DNA from: an uncultured delta proteobacterium
GTDB lineage: Bacteria; Desulfobacterota; RBG-13-43-22
Direction of reading: 5' to 3'
NCBI GenBank assembly: GCA_963843145.1
Contig: CAWJJC010000028.1
Span: forward strand, 384,001 to 448,000
DNA length: 64,000 nt
Shown here: positions 59,429 through 64,000 of the stretch, one piece after another
Layout of the letters: every line of letters starts with the position of its first letter
Position numbering within the stretch: position 1 is the first letter of the stretch
The notes under the pieces: model-generated
Seen by the model: the letters and a program-made list of their open reading frames with translations, nothing else
Databases searched by the model: none
What the model was told of the DNA's origin: nothing
Position numbers and translations under genes: made by a program

Positions 59429-59896
59429 TTGGGATCCGAGGGCCGGTGGTTCTGGGAACGTCTGATGGGCGAGGCCCTGGATCAGGCTCGGGAGGCTGCC
59501 CGGCAGGAGGAAGTCCCGATAGGCGCCATCCTGGTAGGTAACGGTGGTGAACGGCTGGCCGCCGCTTCCAATCATCCCCGGGGACTGGCGGACCCCACGG
59601 CCCACGCTGAAATAATCGTTTTGCGTCGAGCGGCCCGGGAACTTGATAATTACCGGCTTCCCGGGACCACTTTAGTCGTAACGGTCGAACCCTGCCTGAT
59701 GTGTGCCGGGGCCCTGATTCAGGCCCGGGTAGCCCGGATCGTTTTTGGGGCCTTTGATCCCAAAGCCGGAGCCTTGGGTTCTTTGTATGATCTATCCCGG
59801 GATCAGCGGTTAAATCATCGCCTGGAGGTAATCCCGGGAATCCGGGAAGCCGAGTGTCGTGAGCTGATTCAGGGCTTTTTTAAGACGCGAAGATAA
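59429..59896 (+). CDS. tadA: tRNA adenosine(34) deaminase
   Basis: EVPIGA, DPTAHAE, EPCLMC, D.KAGA, LNH; start uncertain. Confidence 0.93.
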   Translation: MGSEGRWFWERLMGEALDQAREAARQEEVPIGAILVGNGGERLAAASNHPRGLADPTAHAEIIVLRRAARELDNYRLPGTTLVVTVEPCLMCAGALIQARVARIVFGAFDPKAGALGSLYDLSRDQRLNHRLEVIPGIREAECRELIQGFFKTRR

Positions 59897-59901
59897 AAAC
59901 C

Positions 59902-59995
<94 letters not shown>

Positions 59996-60031
59996 AAATA
60001 GCCGAAAATGTTTTGTTAGCTTCAATTGAAC

Positions 60032-60125
60032 GGAGAGATGCCCGAGCTGGCTGAAGGGGCACGACTGGAAATCGTGTGTACGCCCAAAAGGTGTACCGAG
60101 GGTTCGAATCCCTCTCTCTCCGCCA
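60032..60125 (+). tRNA. tRNA-Ser (GGA)
   Basis: GGAGAGA...TCTCTCC-G-CCA; anticodon arm CACGA-CTGGAAA-TCGTG; long variable arm. Confidence 0.95.
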
Positions 60126-60205
60126 TTCATTTTTTCGGGGGCCCGCAATTGCGAAGCATGAAAAAATATTGCTCCTGCATAGTCTTTCCTATCTACGAAA
60201 AGACA

Positions 60206-60251
60206 AATAATCAATAATCAATTCCTAATTAAAAATTGATTATTGATTATT
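60206..60251. repeat. AT-rich heptamer hairpin, copy 2
   Basis: AATAATCAATAATCAATT...AATTGATTATTGATTATT. Confidence 0.75.
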
Positions 60252-60328
60252 GGGCTGATTGAGGTCTTCAATACTATTTTCGTTACCTTACACGTTACCC
60301 CTCACCCCTTACGCCTCACGGATTGGTT

Positions 60329-62038
60329 ATGTCTTATCTGGTTTTAGCTCGGAAATTCCGCCCTCAAGTTTTCGAAGAGGTCATCGGACAGCCTCATGTA
60401 ACCCGGACGCTGCAGAATGCCCTCAAAACCGGCCGAGTGGCCCATGCGTATTTGTTCAGCGGACCCCGGGGGGTGGGCAAAACCTCGGTGGCCCGTATTC
60501 TAGCTAAAGCCTTGAACTGCCAGGAAGGGCCGGGCCCCAATCCCTGCAACCACTGCCCTTCCTGCCGGGAAATCACCCAGGGGGGCAACCTGGATGTTTT
60601 TGAAATTGATGGAGCCTCCAACCGGGGGATTGACGATATCCGGGAATTGCGAGAAAATATCCGTTACTTGCCGGCCCGGGGGCGCTATAAAATCTATATT
60701 GTCGATGAAGTGCACATGCTGACCAAGGAGGCCTTTAACGCGCTGCTAAAAACGCTGGAGGAACCTCCCGATCAGGCGATATTTATTTTCGCCACCACCG
60801 AACTCAACAATGTCCCGCTGACTATTTATTCCCGCTGTCAGTCTTTTCATTTCCGCCGTATTTCCCCGGAAGCCATGGTCAAGCATTTGGTCCGGCTGGT
60901 GGAGCAAGAGCAGATTGCCTATCGGGAAGAGGCCCTGCGCCTGATTGCCCGTCAGGCCGAGGGCAGCATCCGGGATTCGTTGAGCCTGCTGGATCAAATT
61001 CTTTCTTTCTCACCGGGGGAGATCAACGAGGCGATCATCCAGGAGATTCTGGGCCTGGTGGATCGGCGTCTGCTCCTGGACCTGGGCCAGGCTGTTCTCG
61101 GCGGGGATCTGAAAAAGATCATGGCCTTGGTGGGTGAAGTCTACGAATACGGCTATGACCTGAAAGTCTTTTTCAAGGACCTGGTGGACGTTTTTCGCAA
61201 TCTGCTTCTGGTCAAAATGGGGCAGGAACAGGGGCCGCTCTTGGATCTTTCCACCGGGGAAATCGGCGAGTTAAAGGACTTGAGCGCCCCGGTTTCTCTG
61301 GATTATCTTCAAGACGGCTTGCATTTTCTAATCCAGTCGGAGGGCGAATTGCGGAAAACCGGGCAGCCCCGTTTGGCCCTGGAGATGATTTTATTGCGTC
61401 TGGCCCGGCTGCGAGAAGTGATTCCCATCGATGCGCTGCTTCAGAAACTCGAGCAGTTGGAACAGGGAACTCGGGGAGGGGAATCACCGGTATTCAATTC
61501 CCCTGAGAGGCCGGCCGCCGATTCATCACTCAAAGAGGAACGACAGGAATATCGCCAACCCCAACGGAAGGACGCCGCCCAAAGGCCGCCCATTTTGGAG
61601 GCCCCGGTTTCCGCCCCGCCCGAGCCTGATCCGGGTCCCGGCCCCCGGGCCGGCGGAATAAACCCGGAACGTTTGCTGGAGCATATTCGCAGGGAAAATT
61701 TACCCTTGGCAACTTATTTAGCCCAGGGGAAACTTCGAATCCTTGAAGACCAGACCCTGGAATGGGACTTTGAGGACAATGCCTTTCATTTGGAATTGAT
61801 GGAAGGGAATGGAAACAAAAAGCGGCTGGAAGAAATATGTCAGGCCTTTTGCGGTAAGAAGGTCAGGATTCGCCTGCTGGGGCGGGCTAAAAACGCTCTC
61901 AAAGGCAAACAATCGACACCGGCCCAGCAGACCCAAAAAAAACGGAAGGTGATCAAGGAAACCCTGGAACAACCCCCGATCCGCGATATCCTGGATATAT
62001 TTCAAGCCGAAGTGATTGACGTCAAGATCCCCGAATGA
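60329..62038 (+). CDS. dnaX: DNA polymerase III subunit gamma/tau
   Basis: LARKFRP, GPRGVGKT, EIDGASNRG, DEVHML, NALLKTLEEPP, SRC. Confidence 0.97.
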   Translation: MSYLVLARKFRPQVFEEVIGQPHVTRTLQNALKTGRVAHAYLFSGPRGVGKTSVARILAKALNCQEGPGPNPCNHCPSCREITQGGNLDVFEIDGASNRGIDDIRELRENIRYLPARGRYKIYIVDEVHMLTKEAFNALLKTLEEPPDQAIFIFATTELNNVPLTIYSRCQSFHFRRISPEAMVKHLVRLVEQEQIAYREEALRLIARQAEGSIRDSLSLLDQILSFSPGEINEAIIQEILGLVDRRLLLDLGQAVLGGDLKKIMALVGEVYEYGYDLKVFFKDLVDVFRNLLLVKMGQEQGPLLDLSTGEIGELKDLSAPVSLDYLQDGLHFLIQSEGELRKTGQPRLALEMILLRLARLREVIPIDALLQKLEQLEQGTRGGESPVFNSPERPAADSSLKEERQEYRQPQRKDAAQRPPILEAPVSAPPEPDPGPGPRAGGINPERLLEHIRRENLPLATYLAQGKLRILEDQTLEWDFEDNAFHLELMEGNGNKKRLEEICQAFCGKKVRIRLLGRAKNALKGKQSTPAQQTQKKRKVIKETLEQPPIRDILDIFQAEVIDVKIPE

Positions 62039-62050
62039 TTGCCTACCAGT

Positions 62051-62203
62051 AAATCCGAAATACGAAGCACGAAATCCGAAACAAGCACGAAGGTCCAAAA
62101 TCCAAAGGATCAAAACAAAACCTTTTCTATTTTGAAATTTGATCATTTGAATTTGTTTCGGCCTGCGACGAGCTCAGCCGTGTCGATTTCGGATTTCGGA
62201 TTT
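62051..62203. repeat. Heptamer-based (CGAAATC) palindromic element, copy 2
   Basis: AAATCCGAAATACGAAGCACGAAATCCGAAACAAG...GATTTCGGATTTCGGATTT; overlaps the arsC 3' end. Confidence 0.75.
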
Positions 62204-62909
62204 GATCCAACTCCAAATAGGGAATCAACTGGTTTCTCATGTCGTCGCGAAGTTTCCGGAAAAGGCTTTTCCAGCCGATGCCGAAGGTGGACAAGGTCAA
62301 GGGATCGGTGTACGGCAAGTGGACCCGGTTACCGTAGGCCGGATAAAAGGCGCACATCCGGTCGGCATCGGAGCATAGGGTGATGACCCGATCAAAGGTC
62401 AAGCCAGTAAAGAGATCCAGATGTTTGGCGGGCTGTTGGGCGGCATCGATCCCAATTTCCTTCAGGGCCTTGACGACCAAGGGACTGATTCCGGCCGGCA
62501 AAAATCCAGCGGAAAAGGCGGCCCAGCGGCCCTTAAGAAAATGATTGACCAGGGCCTCGGCCATCTGGGAACGCACCGCATTGCCGGTGCAAATGAAAAG
62601 GACTGTCTTCAGTTCGGCGGCCTGGGCGATTTTGAATTTTAGTAGTTGCCCATCCGGTACCCCGGTTCCGGTTTTATAAATCCGACAGCCGGAGGCGACG
62701 GTTCGGGCGCTTTCCGGTTCCAGATCCTGGCCATCAATGCGAATGGTCGGCGATCCGGGGAAAGCCTCTGCTTCGGCCTTGCCCGGGTCGGATACCTCCA
62801 TTTCTCTGGGGGACAGGTTCAATCCCAGGGACTGAAGTGTTTCCCGAAGGAGAACCCTGACCTTAGGCAGGTTTGGGCAGCCCGGGGTGTATAATAGTTC
62901 AAGGCGCAT
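62127..62909 (-). CDS. arsC: Fusion of thioredoxin-like (DUF2703-like GCP/GSPT/CRxY) domain and LMW-PTP-type arsenate reductase
   Basis: N-terminal LLYTPGCPN...FPGSPTIRIDG.D...CRIY; C-terminal FICTGNAVRSQMAE, SAG, VITLC..A...C, DP. Confidence 0.75.
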   Translation of the reverse strand: MRLELLYTPGCPNLPKVRVLLRETLQSLGLNLSPREMEVSDPGKAEAEAFPGSPTIRIDGQDLEPESARTVASGCRIYKTGTGVPDGQLLKFKIAQAAELKTVLFICTGNAVRSQMAEALVNHFLKGRWAAFSAGFLPAGISPLVVKALKEIGIDAAQQPAKHLDLFTGLTFDRVITLCSDADRMCAFYPAYGNRVHLPYTDPLTLSTFGIGWKSLFRKLRDDMRNQLIPYLELDQIRNPKSTRLSSSQAETNSNDQISK

Positions 62910-63026
62910 ACGTATTCCTTCTAACGTGATCCAACTCTTTCCTCTGCCACGCCGGGCCACCCCTGGCTGATCCTTTAGACCGATACCGTCCAAATTTTCG
63001 GAAACGTACTGGGACCATTTAGCCGT

Positions 63027-64000
63027 TCAGCCGAGGTGATTCGGGCTTAGGGGTTTTGGCTCCCGTTGATTAGGGAACCGGCCTCCTGACCGCCACCAGA
63101 TTATCCCGATCATGATCAGTGCCGCGCCTCCCAGGCTGTATTCAAAAATCTGGGACAACAAGTGCATGGCAAAAGAAATAAATATCCCCTGAGAGGTCTT
63201 AATACCTTGACCGGCCAATACCGTCCCCAGGATGCCCTCGTATAACCCAAATCCGGCAATCCCGCTGACGGGCAGGCTGGCCGCAACCTCGGAAGCCATG
63301 ATCCCGAACATTATTTTCAGAAAGGGAAGGGAAGGGCTGGATTCCAATAATGCCGCCATGACGGCATATAAAAGCAGATAAATCAGGGTATATTTGATGG
63401 CCCGCAGCAGAACGGAGAGGCCCAAGAGGGGCCAGAAGAGACGGGCTCGGCGCAGCGTTAGAAAGGAACGGCTGACCGCCACAAGTTCCTCGGTGACTCT
63501 TTTTAACCAGAGATGTCTTAGCTGATAGGAAAAGGCCCTTCGCTCGATCCAGGCGGAAAGCTTTTGAAATAAGGGTTCCAGAAAGATAATCGCTGTAATT
63601 CCACCCAAGGTGATGCCTATCCCCAGAACCCATAAAAGGGGGTGAACTGCCGAACCCCTGAGCCTTTCGATGGCCAGAACGACGGCCAGTATTGGCCCCA
63701 GAGCCAGCAGATCGAAGAGGGCGGCATAGGTGAAGGATGTGAGGCAGGCGGAGAAATCCACGGCAAAGATGCGGTTCAGGATCACCAGGTAGGATAGCGA
63801 TCCGGTTCGGGCCGGAAGAAAATCCACCAGCATATTGCGTACAGCCGTAACCAGGATCAAGCGGCCGAAAGCAGGAGTCCGAGGTGTCCCCGAGCCTTGT
63901 AATAACACCTGATAGCGCCAGGTTCGCAGCAGCAGCCCGATCCCATAGAGGCCGACATACAGGAATAGCAGGTCGGTCCGGATTTGCGACAGGAGCCTGG
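63027..64000 (-). CDS. Lysylphosphatidylglycerol synthase TM-domain (flippase-like) protein, 5' end beyond window
   Basis: RTWRY, N...D.LPAR.G, LP.SG..GFG.YEG; multiple TM helices. Confidence 0.8.
   Translation of the reverse strand, partial: RLLSQIRTDLLFLYVGLYGIGLLLRTWRYQVLLQGSGTPRTPAFGRLILVTAVRNMLVDFLPARTGSLSYLVILNRIFAVDFSACLTSFTYAALFDLLALGPILAVVLAIERLRGSAVHPLLWVLGIGITLGGITAIIFLEPLFQKLSAWIERRAFSYQLRHLWLKRVTEELVAVSRSFLTLRRARLFWPLLGLSVLLRAIKYTLIYLLLYAVMAALLESSPSLPFLKIMFGIMASEVAASLPVSGIAGFGLYEGILGTVLAGQGIKTSQGIFISFAMHLLSQIFEYSLGGAALIMIGIIWWRSGGRFPNQREPKPLSPNHLG

Noticed and set aside
60329-62038. Programmed -1 frameshift in dnaX
   Set aside because: No A AAA AAG slippery site with downstream hairpin at the expected position; the A-run near 61934 is too close to the C-terminus.

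Overview
Chromosomal window from an anaerobic deltaproteobacterium (Desulfobacterota-like, inferred from gene content). Housekeeping genes include polA, a 2-oxoacid:ferredoxin oxidoreductase operon, fabD, hpt, ccsB/resB, serS, queD, tadA, dnaX, tRNA-Met and two tRNA-Ser. The accessory stretch (~8-44 kb) is rich in toxin-antitoxin genes and relics, regulators and redox or detoxification enzymes. Best candidate novel system: a MarR-linked organomercurial-lyase (MerB)-like gene (16118-16861) that the ORF caller splits. Both catalytic Cys positions are in-frame UGA codons, each followed by a bacterial SECIS-like hairpin, which predicts a double-selenocysteine MerB-like lyase. Other notable items: a Phe/Tyr-rich leader-peptide attenuator upstream of an uncharacterised GNAT protein; a MalT/BTAD regulator module with an 11-bp-period direct repeat; a sigma54 to HD-GYP to orphan sigma28 cascade; a thioredoxin-like/ArsC fusion; and several families of intergenic palindromic repeats. 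Four single-base homopolymer frameshifts probably reflect assembly error. All assignments come from reading motifs by eye; no searches were run.
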